A stretch of DNA of 64,000 bases. It comes from Bugula neritina. Taxonomy: Eukaryota > Animalia > Bryozoa. The notes beneath the pieces were generated by a model, which saw only the letters and a list, made by a program, of their open reading frames with translations, was not told where the DNA came from and made no database searches. The DNA lies in assembly GCA_964035545.1 (NCBI GenBank), contig OZ037765.1:28209504-28273503 (forward strand), given 5' to 3'. The translations under genes were made by a program, and so were the position numbers. Shown here one piece after another: positions 1 to 14,329 of the stretch. Each line of letters starts with the position of its first letter. Position 1 is the stretch's first letter.

Positions 1-1434
1 GATCATAAATGTCGTATATTTATTACATGATTTATTAATTGAATATACTCAAAGTAAGATATTTGTAAGATTACATTTCAATTTGCATTATGACAATTTT
101 ATCCGAATCAATTTAAACATTCTGCATATAGTGTTTTTAAAGCTTTACCGGATTAAAAGGTTACGACTGTCTGGCCGCCCGATTATCTCAAAACAATAAA
201 ATATTGTATACCTAGTACAAGTTTCTAGCTCCTCAAAGTATCATCTCTCCAGCATACAATACAATCAGCAAGTACAAAACAGACATATTAGACACTTCAG
301 AAGAAAGCAGATATCTCTAAGGATATTAATTATTTTGCTACAGTTCAACAGCCTGCTGGCTTCTACTGACATTATTCTTCAGTAAAATCAATATAATATA
401 CTATCAAGTGATGACATGTTTATTGCTAGATGCCAGGTTCTGACTAGGATGTGCTGCTGGTGCTTATCAAAATATCATTTCTCCTTTATTTATGGGGTTA
501 CAGCTCTATACCTTTAACTATCTGAGGCACCAGATTAATAAGTGCATGGAACTAATTTGTGAGATAATTGTATATTGTGCAATATTATTGCTAATAATTT
601 GTGACAATAAAATATTAGAATATGTAAAAGCAAAGTGAAATACATGCCATAATCCAACAGTCAATTAAAAAAATTCATCACATTAGATAAGTGACTTAAA
701 TTACGTGACTGAACAGAAAGCATACCCATTAACATAGAATAATAATAATACAATAACCTGCAAAGGAAGTGTACTAGATAGCATGTTGGCCTTAAACATC
801 AGGAGATAAAATTTAATTTGGAACAGAATTATTCTTTTTAATAATTTAATTGGGCATAATAATCAATCTGGTTTAAGTTTACTTATTGTTGGTACAAGCT
901 GCAAAATCTGCCTTGGAAAAGCACAGACCCTGTTGGTGGTTTCTATAGAAACTAGTATTGTTTACGTCTTTAAGGTCATGGGAAGCTTGTTGCATAAAAA
1001 ATAAACAGCAAATGATAAACCTAGAGATATTGGAAAGTTGGCTGTGCTTTTACAAATTCAGATATAAGCGCAAAGATTTTACCACTAAGATACCAAAACA
1101 AAATACATAAAAATGATAAAAATAAATTCTACACAAGTGTCTTGAAAACTTAAAAATAGTTACATAACTATAGTAGAATCCCGGACAACATCCAAAAACT
1201 TGAATTGCAAAACAGAGTTTCGCCTTTGAATAAAAATAGTGATGCTTTAAAAATAGGCCTAAATAAAATGCCAGCATATCATGGGCAAAGCAAAACTGAA
1301 ACATGCTACATGCTACTCGCTATAATCAGATCTTACTAAATTTTCTTGAGGAATTGTTTCCACTACTAAATGTTCAACTTCTAGTAGCAGTCATGATATA
1401 ATACATGAGGTGAAAGACTAGTTGCAGCGCAGTG

Positions 1435-4228
1435 CTACTGGGCACTGCTGGCTGTATTGGCTGTTAACATTTGGCACAGGAAATCATCCGCCAAACAGCC
1501 ATCTATGAACTCTTGCTTAGTGAGAACGCCATCATTATTTTTATCCATCTGAGAAAAGATTTTTTCAGTTCTATCTTCGGGTTGCTCATCAGGAGTGCCT
1601 TTCATTTCGCTACCAACCATGTTGTAAATAGCCTATAAAAATAAAGGGGTAAAATCAAGCGAAATAAATGTGCTGCGTGTGATGATGTAGAACAGTGAGC
1701 TTGGAGATGGTGTAAAAGGTGGAGCAGAGAGTGGAGTTATGAAGACCAATGAAATATCACATCACAAAAGTTAACAGACAGAAAACCGAGAACTTCAATG
1801 CTTTATCTGTCTGCTAGAAAATCTTTGAAGAAGAAGAACAGAAACAAAGGTGAAACCCTAAAGCAAAACAATTCAGACATTTGAGATGAGAAATTTTACA
1901 GAATGCCGAGTGTCTGATAAAATTAAAGAGTTGAAAATGAAGCAGGCAAATTTAGGAAAAACTGAGGAACGGAAAATAAAGTAATACATGGAGGGGAAGT
2001 CAAGACGACAAATAAGGACTTTGTAGGAAAAGGCAAGAGAAATATGCAAAGTAAAAAACAAAATATATGAAGCAGACCTAAAAAGTATAGAACAAATTTC
2101 TCACAGTAAAGTATATGGAAAAAAGAATTATATGAAATATTTCAATCCATAATCTACCTCATAAAAAAACCAGCAAAACAAAAAGTGAGTACCCTTTTGC
2201 ATAATAAAACCATACTTAAAGTAATAGGGTTTTATAACATTACAGTAATATCACTTGAGTGTATGGTTCGTTTACATAGATAATTAAGCTAATTATAATA
2301 ATACCAATATGCTAGCATAGACTATGATAGAAGACAATTCCAAATGTATGACCAGCAAAGAGATGATAACTCAAATGTTCAACATTTTAGTTAAAGCACT
2401 GGACCAGCAATTATTATAAAGATATAATTGTTATTAGTAATAAATTTTATGTTTATTAAATTTTAGAGTTGGGAAAAATAACTTGATATTTTTAATAATA
2501 AAAACTAAAATATTATATATAAAGTATAGACCAACCTTGATTATCAACACCATTTCACTTTTCTCTATTGTGCCATTGCCATCAATATCATACATGGAGA
2601 ACGCCCAGTTCAACTTGTCGCTGACTTTACCAGATGACGTTATGTTGATGGCAAGGAGGAACTCTTTGAAGTCTATTGTGCCGCCGCTATCCGTGTCAAA
2701 AGTTCTAAACACGTGCTCGCAGAACCCCTCCGCGTTGCCATTTGGAAAGAACTCAGAATAAACTTCTAGAAATTTCTGTCGGCTCAGTTGACCTCCAGGA
2801 CAGTCTCTCTAAAATAATATTTTCATAAAGGAGATTGTCATGATGCAAACTATATTTTACATTGACAGTGAGTTTGAAACCAATGGCAATTTTTAGCTTG
2901 GTGTTTCTTTGCAGTAATTTATATAATAAAGTCTGGCTCAGTATTCAGTATGACTTTTGAGTGCCAATGCAGAAGTGCTTTTTACCTGAAGGAGGTTACA
3001 ATGTACAATTATAAGTAAAGACAACTCCTAAGAATTTATCACTATAAACTGTTACATTGACTTTTCAACTCATTACAACCTTGACGATGTCAATTTAATA
3101 TTTCATGTGCTATTGACCAGAGTATAGTTTTCAGGTTTTCAAAACTAAAACTGTGGCTGAAATAAAGTACACCAGAGTTGAAATTCTGCTGCTGTACAAA
3201 ATTGTCTAGTCCATCATAATGCTATACAACACAATATCCACTTACCTAAAGTCTTTGCAAACCAGGAGTGAGCCTAAGACTTTTAGTGTGATTGTTTAAA
3301 AAAAATTCTAAACCAACCTCATCTCTATTGCAGGAGCAGTTATATTAGCAATCAAGTGATAATGTTTAAAAGCTTTTGATGAAAATCAAGTATTTAATAA
3401 GTTTTACTCATGTTAAACTGCAATACCTTACATTAAATAGTGTTGTTTGACTGACTCGCACAACTTGGTTTGTTTTACAATTTTTACCACTATAAATCAA
3501 GTAGTTTAAGTTTAAGTTTAGCTGCTGTTTAGAGCAATGTCATTTATTCAAGCAGCTTCGATAAAATAAAACCACTGAAACATATGCATGAGCAGTTTGT
3601 AGGTTCAACTATAATATAAGTATCAAATATGTAATTTTGATTTTATAAGTTATTCATTTTTACTTTAATTCAATTTTAAAATTTACTCTTTCCCAATTTA
3701 CAAGTTTCGACTTGCTTTGAGATAAAATTTGCTGTTTTCTACCAAATGAAAATGTTGACAAAACCTTGGCCTACAACTTGTATATTAATTTATCAACTGA
3801 ATATTTTTTAGAGAGATGACAACTTCTATTCAGTATTTCATCACCACTCTATCTCACAAACAATATTAGTTCTAGAATCTAGACTATAACAATAATTTAT
3901 ATTAATCTGGCTTTCACTGTTGACATATGTAGATTCATGACCTGCATGTAAGTAACATTACTTTCTTATGCTGATACTACTAATTAAGGCAAAAATCAGT
4001 TGAATACACGGGTTTAAGCGTACACTTGGCCATCACAAATTTATAATAAAAATAATTTTAAAAAAATCAATAATTTTTAAATGAAATGTGAAAATATAAA
4101 TGAAAGTTGAACTACTTTACCATAAAGCCTTTGTACCATTGCTTGATCTGTGGCTTCGTGAAGCTTGTGTTGTTCAGAAGAAACGTCAAATCTTCTTTGG
4201 TTAACTTTTTGCTCGACTTTCCACCCAT
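1435..4228 (-). CDS. Neuronal calcium sensor family EF-hand protein (NCS-2/neurocalcin-like), ~192 aa, 3 coding exons: 4121-4228, 2536-2808, 1435-1632
   Basis: Spliced [39 protein letters not shown]|RDCPGGQL...[17 protein letters not shown]...[16 protein letters not shown]...|...[22 protein letters not shown]-myristoylation motif MGxxxS, CPxG in EF1, three canonical EF loops, GT-AG introns all phase 0. Confidence 0.93.
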
Positions 4229-4794
4229 GTCAGCCTGAATCCACTACTTCTGGATTTCTGGAACACATGTAAAATTATTCCAGCAATCTGTCTAAATCAA
4301 TTTTATTGTAATAAACATACAGTTCTAATTACACAAGTATTATTAAAAATAATATCTAAAAATTAACACAAATGAGTGAAAATACTAGTTAACTGAATTT
4401 AAAACACGGCCTGCATATTTTTTGTCGTGCTATTAGGATTTTAACTATAAGAAGTAGTTAATGGGTGATAGAGCAAGTGTAGGGTGATGCAGTCATTAAC
4501 ACCTATCATTAACACGCAGGACTTCTATAAAACAAACACAGCGTAAATATGATAGGAAAATATACTGCAAACAAAGTTAATTCTTGCCACAAGATATCAT
4601 ATCGTTATTACTTGCAAACGAATCAATAATATTATCTTCCCTACAATGAATTCTCAGTATGCCAGTTACAACAACACTGCAATCAATATCTCATGCTAAT
4701 TTGCTGGTTTTCTCCCTTTCACAAACATATCAGAGGTGTAATAATTGTTAACAAAACAAACCAGGTCTTACACTCCAGTGCAACATTATAACAA

Positions 4795-4950
4795 TAATCA
4801 TTAAGTTACAATAACGTAGTGAGTCATGAGTTACAGTAGTGTAGAGAGTCATAAGTTACAGTTGTGCAGTGAATTATAAGTTACAGTAGTGTATTTAGTA
4901 ATAAGTTACAATAGTGTCGAGAGCCATAAGTTACAGTAGTGTAGTGAATC
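4795..4950. repeat. 25-bp minisatellite, ~6 degenerate copies (consensus ~GAGTCATAAGTTACAGTAGTGTAGT)
   Basis: Successive 25-nt units readable, e.g. gagtcatgagttacagtagtgtaga / gagtcataagttacagttgtgcagt / gagccataagttacagtagtgtagt. Confidence 0.85.
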
Positions 4951-7900
4951 AGAAGGTTAACCTCCAGCTATTTGAATGAAAGTTGACTTTAATTGGCTCT
5001 AAAGCTGGGTGATCGTCTTTAACTGATTTCGGATGTTGAACTGAGAGTGTTTTTCAGCAGTGATTACGAGACTTACATAAGAAAACCAATGAATGATTAT
5101 TAAAAGTATTTTCTATTGGTTAGCAGCCACTCATACACGACATTCAGAGTATAAATAGCCCCCTCCCCTCCCCCAGTGGTGCAATTATTTCCTACTTCTG
5201 TCTCCCACAACTATTTCGCAAACCCTTATTGTTTTTCTTTGGGGTTAGCCACAATGCATTTGCTAGTACTGTAGCTTGTTATTTTGTGTCTGTATGAATG
5301 TAGAGATGCTATACTTGCTGGTACCAGCACTTTTATATAGAATTATTGCTTTGGACGAGTCTTTCAACTGTTAAAATGATTCCTATTGTAGAATCACCAA
5401 GTATTTACTTTATTAAATCAGAGCTACAGAGATAAGTACAGTAATGGAGGCATTCAGAAAACAGCTTAAGCATTTGAAATTTACCATTAATGGAGCTAAA
5501 TGTTTCTGATCAATTTGTTACAGCAATTTACTCCGTTGTTGGGTGTTGACAGTGTATAGCTTGACCAACCATGACAAATTCTACTGAGAAAATGCTGCTG
5601 AAGTGAGAGGAAAACTGTCCAATAATTCTGACTATATACTTTACACACTCACAAAAATCATTCCTAGATTTTTTACACTAATAAGAAGTATTATATTGCT
5701 GTAGGCTTGGTTTCGGTAGATTCTATTCGCTATCTTTCCTCTGAATGCTAAGTAGCCTTGATATTTGTCACGATAACACAACCCTTTTCCCTAAAATTCT
5801 TTCTAAGCTTATGATGCTTCATAAAGTTCACTATCTCCCAGTATACACATATCCGGTAGCTAGCAAGAATACACCAAAGTTCCTAAAGCCATTATAATGT
5901 CACCAAGGCTAAATCAACACTAATGTATACAAAGCTCAAAGTAAGAAACTTTATTCAGTCTAATCATGTGTAGTACATGAGAATGTTTAGATGATATGAT
6001 AAGGTACGAAGAGGCCAGGAAAGATGAACTCAAGTTGATAAAGAATAATCAGGTGACAGTTCTAGTTCTTTGATTAGTTAAGACAATGCACTTTTTACTA
6101 AATATTTATTTTGCACACTACTTCTACAGCTTCAATATAGCCTACTGTAGAAACAGAAAATTGAAAAGAAGAAACATTTATATGTGTCGATATCCTCAAT
6201 ACAAAGCTTTTTGCCAGAATTTATATATATAAAATACTACCACCATCTTTCGGTGTGACAACTCCATGTAATCAAGTGCATCATAACTACTGAAACTACC
6301 CAAAATATTGCTAGATATTGTAAAAGTAATAACCCCATGGGCAACATCTGCATCTAATGTAATTATGAATATTCTGAGTAAGAGTGTAATATAACTGCAT
6401 ACTAAACTAATCAATAACTTGTGTGTGCTGCTGTGTTTATTTTTTCATGGTCAATCAAATACTGATAATCACTCGGGCCTCGTTTTCCTTCTAATGGCAA
6501 TGGTGTACAGTGAGTGAGGTACCTATAGCAGAATCTACTAGTTGGTCTACCCAACATGATTTATATACAGGACAGTGCTAAGCAGAGCGTGAAAATGTTA
6601 CCAGTCAAACACCACAGACTAGACTTTCCACCAAGTGAAGCATAACCTTTTTGGGGAGATGTTGCAGTCGCTTTGACTTAGTTTCGGCTGTAAATGTTAA
6701 TAGTAACACATTCGATAACAACACACAGATAATGTTAAATCAATGAAAAGATCTATTTGGCCACAGCATGATATTAACGACACAAATGTACTACTCACTA
6801 ACTTCGTGTTGGTAGTTCGCCACAAAGAAATTGTAATTCTATCAGTCGACTATTGTGCATCTGCATTAATAACACGAGTATCGAGTTTGGCTATTGAGTG
6901 ATGATTACAGAGTCATTAATATACCTTTCAGAGTTGAATTTAATTTCCCGCTATGGTTGTATTAACCACTCAGTATTTATAAAGCCGTGTTACTACTTAC
7001 TACTATATTGGACGTGACAGAAACCACTAGCAGTCGCCCCAGTATTGATCGGCACAACTTAGCCGGTTACACGCTTTCATTTAGCTTGATATTTGTTACA
7101 AATGGAATAATGACATCGAAGATGCACAAGGATAAGGTCTATGACTACCACCATCACTACATAGTTGCTTAATAGACGATAGCAACAGTGACTGAGGCAA
7201 TGTACTATCATAGTTAGTGAATATCTTTTCCATGCCGTCATGTGATTAAGTGAGTCACTGAACAACCCATCTGAAATCCAGTAAGGGATATCTACCCCTT
7301 GGCAAATTAATGATATCAAAAGTGCCAATTATATTGCTAAAACACAATATACCCTCAAAGAATTCCTACAGCATATTATAATAACAAGCTATTGTTTTCA
7401 TCTACAGAGGCAAGAGAGAATGTAGTTTGAATAGCTCACCCAAACAACATGTCATCTACATGATGAATGTCTATTACAGCTTTTAGTAAACTAGAAGTAT
7501 GTTCTCTTCAAGTAATCCACCTAGTAGGCAGTAGCTACTAGTCAGTAATTCATTTGGGCTTTGTCCATTCACCTCTAGGCTCCAGTTACAATATCAAAAC
7601 TTGACAGATATTTAGAGAGGTGCAGAACTATGCTATTTCTCAAAAGTATGGAGAAGTGTCACTAAGGAAGCTGTTTCATCACACAACATATTTCCATACC
7701 AATAATGAAAAACTCTGGCTAGACAAAAGGCTAGCACTTGACCTATAACTGAACTTGTAGTGTATTGTATAAAGTAGTTGGCCTTGATTAAATTTTTGTT
7801 TTATATTGATATTACGTAACAGCTCAGACATGAGCATATTTTTAAAGCATTTATTGCATCTTGGAACTAATAATAAAATAACAGCTGGAAGTCAAATATA

Positions 7901-10899
7901 AATTTATTGAGTTGATGCTACCCAGTCTGGGCTAATACTTCACTTGAGTTTGTAAAGCTTTCAATAATCAAATCAGCATTTGGTTCATTGACTTGAAATT
8001 ATTCACTAATGCATTTATTAATTTACTGGCTTTTCTACATCAAGAATGCTCAGGAGAGTTTCACTACCACAAAGATTGAAATGTAAGAAAAACTGGGTCA
8101 ATCATTTCATTTAGACTTTGAAATCTTCCACCCATAAATCATTGTAAGAACTGATAACAGAAATAGCCAACTCGAAGCGATTACATTGAGGTTGGTGCAG
8201 CGTGATGTAGTGATGGCAGATATTTCAACACTAGAAGTTGGCTGCTTGCTAAATGAAGAAATAATCTTTCAAACCCAACAGTCAAACATATGTACCATTA
8301 TAAATCCAAGTTAAAAGAAAATCTCAACCTCTAAACCCAAACGATTAAAACTGTTTGCCTTCAAACACCAAACTATTATCTTGTGATGTTAGAAATTTTT
8401 GGAATAGTATAATATGACAATAGGGTTATCAAGTCTACTTCAAAACCCACAGCAAAACAGTTCAAATTGAAATCTTAGTTACAATAAGAGTAGAGTATGC
8501 TGCCTAACAAAAAAGGGTAATTATTATTGAGTTACCACAAAACTGCTATTTGTTAGTAAAGAAAAATAGCAGGGGAGGGGGTTGAACCCAACCCCGATGT
8601 CCTAGTGATTGATAAGTGTCCCAAGTGTTGAGGAATAAAAGCATTCCAATTATTGCTAAATGCCATTAGATAGAAGCACTAGTTAATTATTTATGACTTT
8701 GAGTACAGCTAGTCTTGTTAGCAAAGCATTATCTGTGACAGTAGTATTGATGGAGATGCATGGCAGCAAGCTCATGCTGCTGCTACATGTGCTGCCAGCA
8801 CTCATATACTATATCATAATAATAAATATGAAAATACTACTCGCAGGTACACAATGCAAAACTAGTCTAGAGAGAGATTAATTATCTACAGGTGTGATAA
8901 TGACTCCGAGATAATATTGTATTTATGCCTGAGATGCATAACACATTTTTACATAATTGTTATCTCATCATTGTATCAATGTTATAATGCAGTAATCTAG
9001 TCTACAAGCCCTATCATGCTGAACAAACTCGAAACTGGTTGTGTATACACTAATAATCAAATTAAAGAGTATATTCCACTAATACAACATAATTATAGTT
9101 ACCATTATATTGCACAAACAGCTTACAATAAATGTACAATACAGAGCAATACATACAAAATAGAGTAGGATTTTAAGTTTATGTTACACTATATTTATTG
9201 CACAAAATGTGTAGCTGCTACATTTAAGAAGGCCAGATAAGAATTAACCTTGGTTTGACACTACATTCATATTTATTATTGTAGCATATAATATAGGTCA
9301 ACTGGTATTTTGAAACCATAATTTACAGATGATACATGATGTAGTAATTGCTATAAGGTATCAGATATGGAACTGTAGATTGTTGAAGCTTGCCAGCAGC
9401 AACTTTGTGACTCATAGTCTAATATCATGGCAGTTTAGTTCTAGAATCTAGACAAAACTTCAATACAATATAAGGCCGGCTATAACAGGCGTGTACTGCT
9501 ATTCTTCAAGTTAGTTAACTGACTACACTATGCTGATATACCACTGTTGACAGGGCAGTTTTACTACTTAAGTTGTGGTTATACTGCCATATATGGCTAA
9601 AGCACTCTAAATATTTCACAATTTCATAGTAAAAAAAACATTAAGAAGTAAGCTAAAAGGCATAAATGCTTAAATCTACAAGCAACTGTACTGCTACGTT
9701 ACCCTGCTATGTTACCTGCTATGTTACCCATTAATCATGACATTGTATCTACTGTAGGTTACAAATGTGCCATAAGACAATTGACGGTTCGAATATAAAA
9801 CTACAATCTGAGGAATTTATATTATTGGTTTTGCTATAACAAATACTTTCCAGTAGGTCACCCATTCGCTTTCACGCTAGATTGCTGCCACTAGAATAGA
9901 TTACGTTACTGTATCTTTAATTGAATTACTTGATATTACATTTGATAATGACGTATTAATATTAAGAGTAGGTACTGTCAACGCCCACGTGGCCAGTTAG
10001 TAGCTCTACTAAGTTGAAGCCCCTTCCCTCCCCAACTACCTACCGGCGCTGAGATTTTGCAAATTAAACACGCTTTACAGCCCGAAGAATCGATCATAAG
10101 AAAAAAATTGAAACATAACATGATGGCAGGCAAGTCATTTCAACTTCAAACTAATGGCTACTAGTACTAGTAGTCTCAGAATGTTGGATTTTCAAACCCT
10201 ATCAGAGCCAATATAGACAGCAACATGCTTACTGATTGATTAAAGGATAGTGGATTGAAAGTAATTCCTATGATACGGACAAGGGAGTGAAATGTGAAGT
10301 CACTGCTACTAGCCTAGATTAAAATTTGGAATTGATAGACGGAATAAGGGAACTTCATATTTCAGTAGTAGGCAAGTAAGATTAAAGAGGGGCAGCGACA
10401 TTGTTCAGCCACATAAACAAAAGACTAAAACTGTGCTGGGTCAAATTGTCAAAATGCAGAGAATATCAGAAACTCTCATACTACTGAAACAAAAACCTCA
10501 ACCTGGCTGCGGGAAATTGGTTACAACATGAACATTCATATATTATACCTAATTTATTAATTATAATAATAATATTAATGATTCCAGCATTGTAAAATGT
10601 ATTACACTTACAGGTATTGGTAAACTAAAACTTACATTTCACCTCTGAACTAAAGGCGATGCAATTCTATAGTATATAGATATAATATATTAGGCTTTTA
10701 CGCTTACTCTCGACCTTTTACTTATACGTAGTAATGGTAAAATACTAATAGTAATACTTGTACTAATACTAATAGAGTTATACGATAAGCCCAAGGTAAC
10801 TGCTAACATTAACTTCAAGTCACAAGACTAAGTAAAAAATTAGACTAAAAGTGAACAGTCGTAATCCATTTCGCTGTTATTTGCACAAAAACGGGTTTA

Positions 10900-11270
10900 G
10901 TTTTTACCTTGTTGATATGAACTCCGTTGATGAAAAGATATCCCACAAAAGGTGCAGACCTGTACTGTACAAACTACTAACTGGGTCTAAGGATTGATTT
11001 AATTGCCTTCAGCTGAACCAACTTATTAATAGAACAAGTGTGCTGAAACACGCGCTAGCCTTTGGACGCAATAAAGTGTAAAGCTATATCGACCAATAAT
11101 AACTCGCTTTACTCCACGACCCAATGACGCTGAATGTCCCACAAATATATTAATCCAATCACAGAATATACATAAAGGTACCCACGCTACCCGCCATCAG
11201 CGTTGTTCCACATGACTGCACGCCTCTGCTTTTAACCTACGCTGCGCCAATTCTTTCTTACGTAATATTA
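10900..11270 (-). promoter_or_regulatory. Probable promoter and first non-coding exon of the NCS gene
   Basis: Locally CpG-enriched; CCAAT boxes near 11092, 11121, 11156 and 11247; minus-strand donor AAG|GTAAAA near 10907; a 5'UTR acceptor lies at ~4258. Confidence 0.45.
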
Positions 11271-11499
11271 TTATGTATTAAGAATTACTATTTCTCCATA
11301 GTTGTAAATATTAGCTGATGGGACAGCTTAAGAATTTTTAATTTACTAAGTCCGCCCAAGCATTGGGTGCTTACGAAGCATTTCAAGTAAATATGCAATC
11401 CAAGAGTTTTTATAAATTTTTATTTTCAATATATAAAAGTGCAGCATAAAAATTATAGTAATAGTCAACAAGCTGATTTGGGTTATAAAAATGGTGTGC

Positions 11500-11585
11500 C
11501 GTGTGTGTTGCGTGTATACTGTATTGTGTGTGTGTTGTGTGTATACTGTATTGTGTGTGTTGTGTGTGCTGTGTGTGTTGCGTAT
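11500..11585. repeat. Imperfect (TG)-rich microsatellite
   Basis: gtgtgtgttg/gtgtatactgtattgtgtgtg repeats. Confidence 0.8.
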
Positions 11586-14329
11586 GTAAGAATGCACGAA
11601 TGTAGTCATCTGAAAACTTTCCAAAATAAGCCTGGGTGTGTTATTTTATGATTTTCTACAATCTGCGTTGAAACTCTCTATATAGTACTTATCCTGCAAA
11701 GCTTAGCAATATATATTTATATTATTCCCATTCAGCTACGCTGACTATTTTACAATAATTAGCTCTTTTGAAGCTATGACCATAATCTGTATTAGCTAAG
11801 CTTTGCATTCTTTGCAATTTTTCAAAATGAAAGATTAATAGGGAAAAAGAAGCAATAATTACTTGAAGCAGTTAAGGAAAACTCTCCTTTTTAATTCCAG
11901 TAGCTATTTGTTATCTTTGGGAAACAAAAAACTATTTATATTACCTTAATAGTATAATTCTCAGTTTACTATCAGAAATAAAAAATATAAATAGTGAAAA
12001 AGTAAAAAGTCATAATCTTTTTCCTAGTCTAGTTGTATTTTTTAAATATATATTCACGTAAGGCATTCCTTAGCATTCAAAAAAGTTAGTTTAACACCTC
12101 CAATATACAGTACCCAGAGTGGCAAATATAACAGATAGTTTGCTTTTAGCAATTAGAGATGTTGTGTACAGTGAAATGTATGTTCAACTCAATCCACTGG
12201 AGACCAGAGTTGCAAGTGCATTACTAATAATTGCCAAACAACTACAATTACTGGTAATCAGAACATGGCCAGAAGGGAATTCCTCATTTGATCCAAACTT
12301 ATACACATCTCTAATGTGAGCCATTATTGAGGTAAAGAATACTAACATTTCCAGCATTTCTTAATATTTGATTGGAGCTCCCATGCAGGGCTATGCAATG
12401 CTACCTTTCAATCAACTAGCATTTAGCAAATAAATTATAAAGTTAAAACATTAATTGTCAATTTGAAGTCATAAAAGATGTAGAATTGTAGAAACTAAAA
12501 TATTATCTATAGCCTATAACAAGCAAATAAATCCTGAAGTAGTAATTGTACTTTGTGCTTTTCCCAAAATACAAATAATATTATAAGTAAAGCTTTATAT
12601 AAAGTTGTATTTATAATTCATAGTTTATGCAAATAGTAGTATTATTTTTTATTTGAATTATAGAAGCACGATTAAAATTATTTTCTTCAATTTTAATTGT
12701 CTATCTCACAATTAGATATTACACAGAGGGTAGAGACTATATATAGAGTATAAATTAAACTAGTAGCATTTATATAAGTATATAAATTTAAATTATTTTT
12801 ACTTATGCATTGTGTATTATAGTAAGGAAGTACAAAGATCATGGACCTGAGCAAGTTTATATTATTATAATGATCTCTTATTAGAAATACACGGGACTTG
12901 AAAATCAAAGGCCATGGTATTGCTTAGTATAACTCTTACTGGGTTACATCAGAAGCTTTCATTTGGCGGTGTAGCAGCAACAAATCAATGATGATGCTTT
13001 TCAAGTGTCTATAAAGTAAATAACTCCGGGAGAAAATCTATGAACTAAACTGTAACAAACAGCTTTCAGCAGGCTCACTGCATTCATTTCAAAGGCCATG
13101 CAAACTAAACACAATTTGAAATTCTCAAGCCTCTGTATGAATGTGATGTGAAGAGAAGAATAGCTGGTACACTCAACTGTTGTAATTCAATCATGTTCAA
13201 TAGCTGAAAATCAGATTGTACAATAAATGGCCTAATCAATGTATAACATGGACTTTTTAAATTATTAAATTGCTCACTATTTCAACTAAAATGTTTTTCA
13301 AATTGCATGCGAATTTCTTGAAAGCTAAAACTATCTTTGTAGGTATGTTATTATAGTCCGTGTTATTGTCCTAGAATACAAAAGATCAAGCTGCGAATAA
13401 ATGATATTTTTAAAACACGAACACTCAAGCCAGTTAAATAGCTTACTATATACTTAGCATTGCTTTCCGCTAGAAAGGTGGTAATGACTTTAGATTAGAG
13501 GCATTGTAATCTCCAGAGAGAGTTGGATAGTGGGGAAACCAACTGTATATAATGTAAATTAAATTTGCACCTATTGCTAGATCTACACGATTGTAATAAC
13601 TGCGCACTAAAAACAATATTGCTTTACTAATTTTGTATAAATAAATTATAGGATACATAAAACAGATTAGAATGTAGATGTCATTCAACTGTCTATCGTA
13701 TATAGTATAATATAATGTGGTAGATAAATTACAGGTCTTGCTGCTATTCATAAATTTCATCTTAAATATCTAATTTATTGTAACTCTCAAAGGTATTGCT
13801 ATGGTGCATCATTCTCACTAAATTGTAAATTTATATATGAGAATTTATAATATATCAGACCTGTTTTACCTAGCCGCTATATATCTAGTGCGTGTAGTAA
13901 ATCACATCTATCATGGGCCTGTCACCTGATCATGGACACCTACCTACATAGTGACACTGGTTCGCAGGTGTCTTCTACATTAGTGACACTAGTTATGATA
14001 ATCATAAATATGTAAAAATACTAAAACTTCCACTGTAGGCACATTGAGTTATAATGATCTAACTTTATGCTCAAAAATGGGTACTTCTGTGATTAAGTGC
14101 TTTAACCATGGCCATGAATTCAAGCCATTTATGCTTATGTACAGCTATAGTAACTCTTAGAGTTTGAATTCACACACTTTTTAAATAGGTTATTGTTGAA
14201 ACACTAGCTATTTTCATTGCAATGGTGTGCACCATGGTACTCCAATATGTGGTGACACGCGGAGATAAACCCTGAAACAGCTGCTCTACACAGATTGCGT
14301 TACACTCGTAAACATACACATACACGCTA

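Noticed and set aside
1690-2090. Purine-rich intronic stretch resembling a LINE fragment
   Set aside because: No diagnostic motif could be read; too weak to call.
4795-4950. Possible CRISPR-like array
   Set aside because: Head-to-tail 25-bp units with no unique spacers, no cas genes, eukaryotic intron context: a minisatellite.
11346-11651. His/Thr- and Cys/Val-rich ORFs
   Set aside because: TG microsatellite translation.
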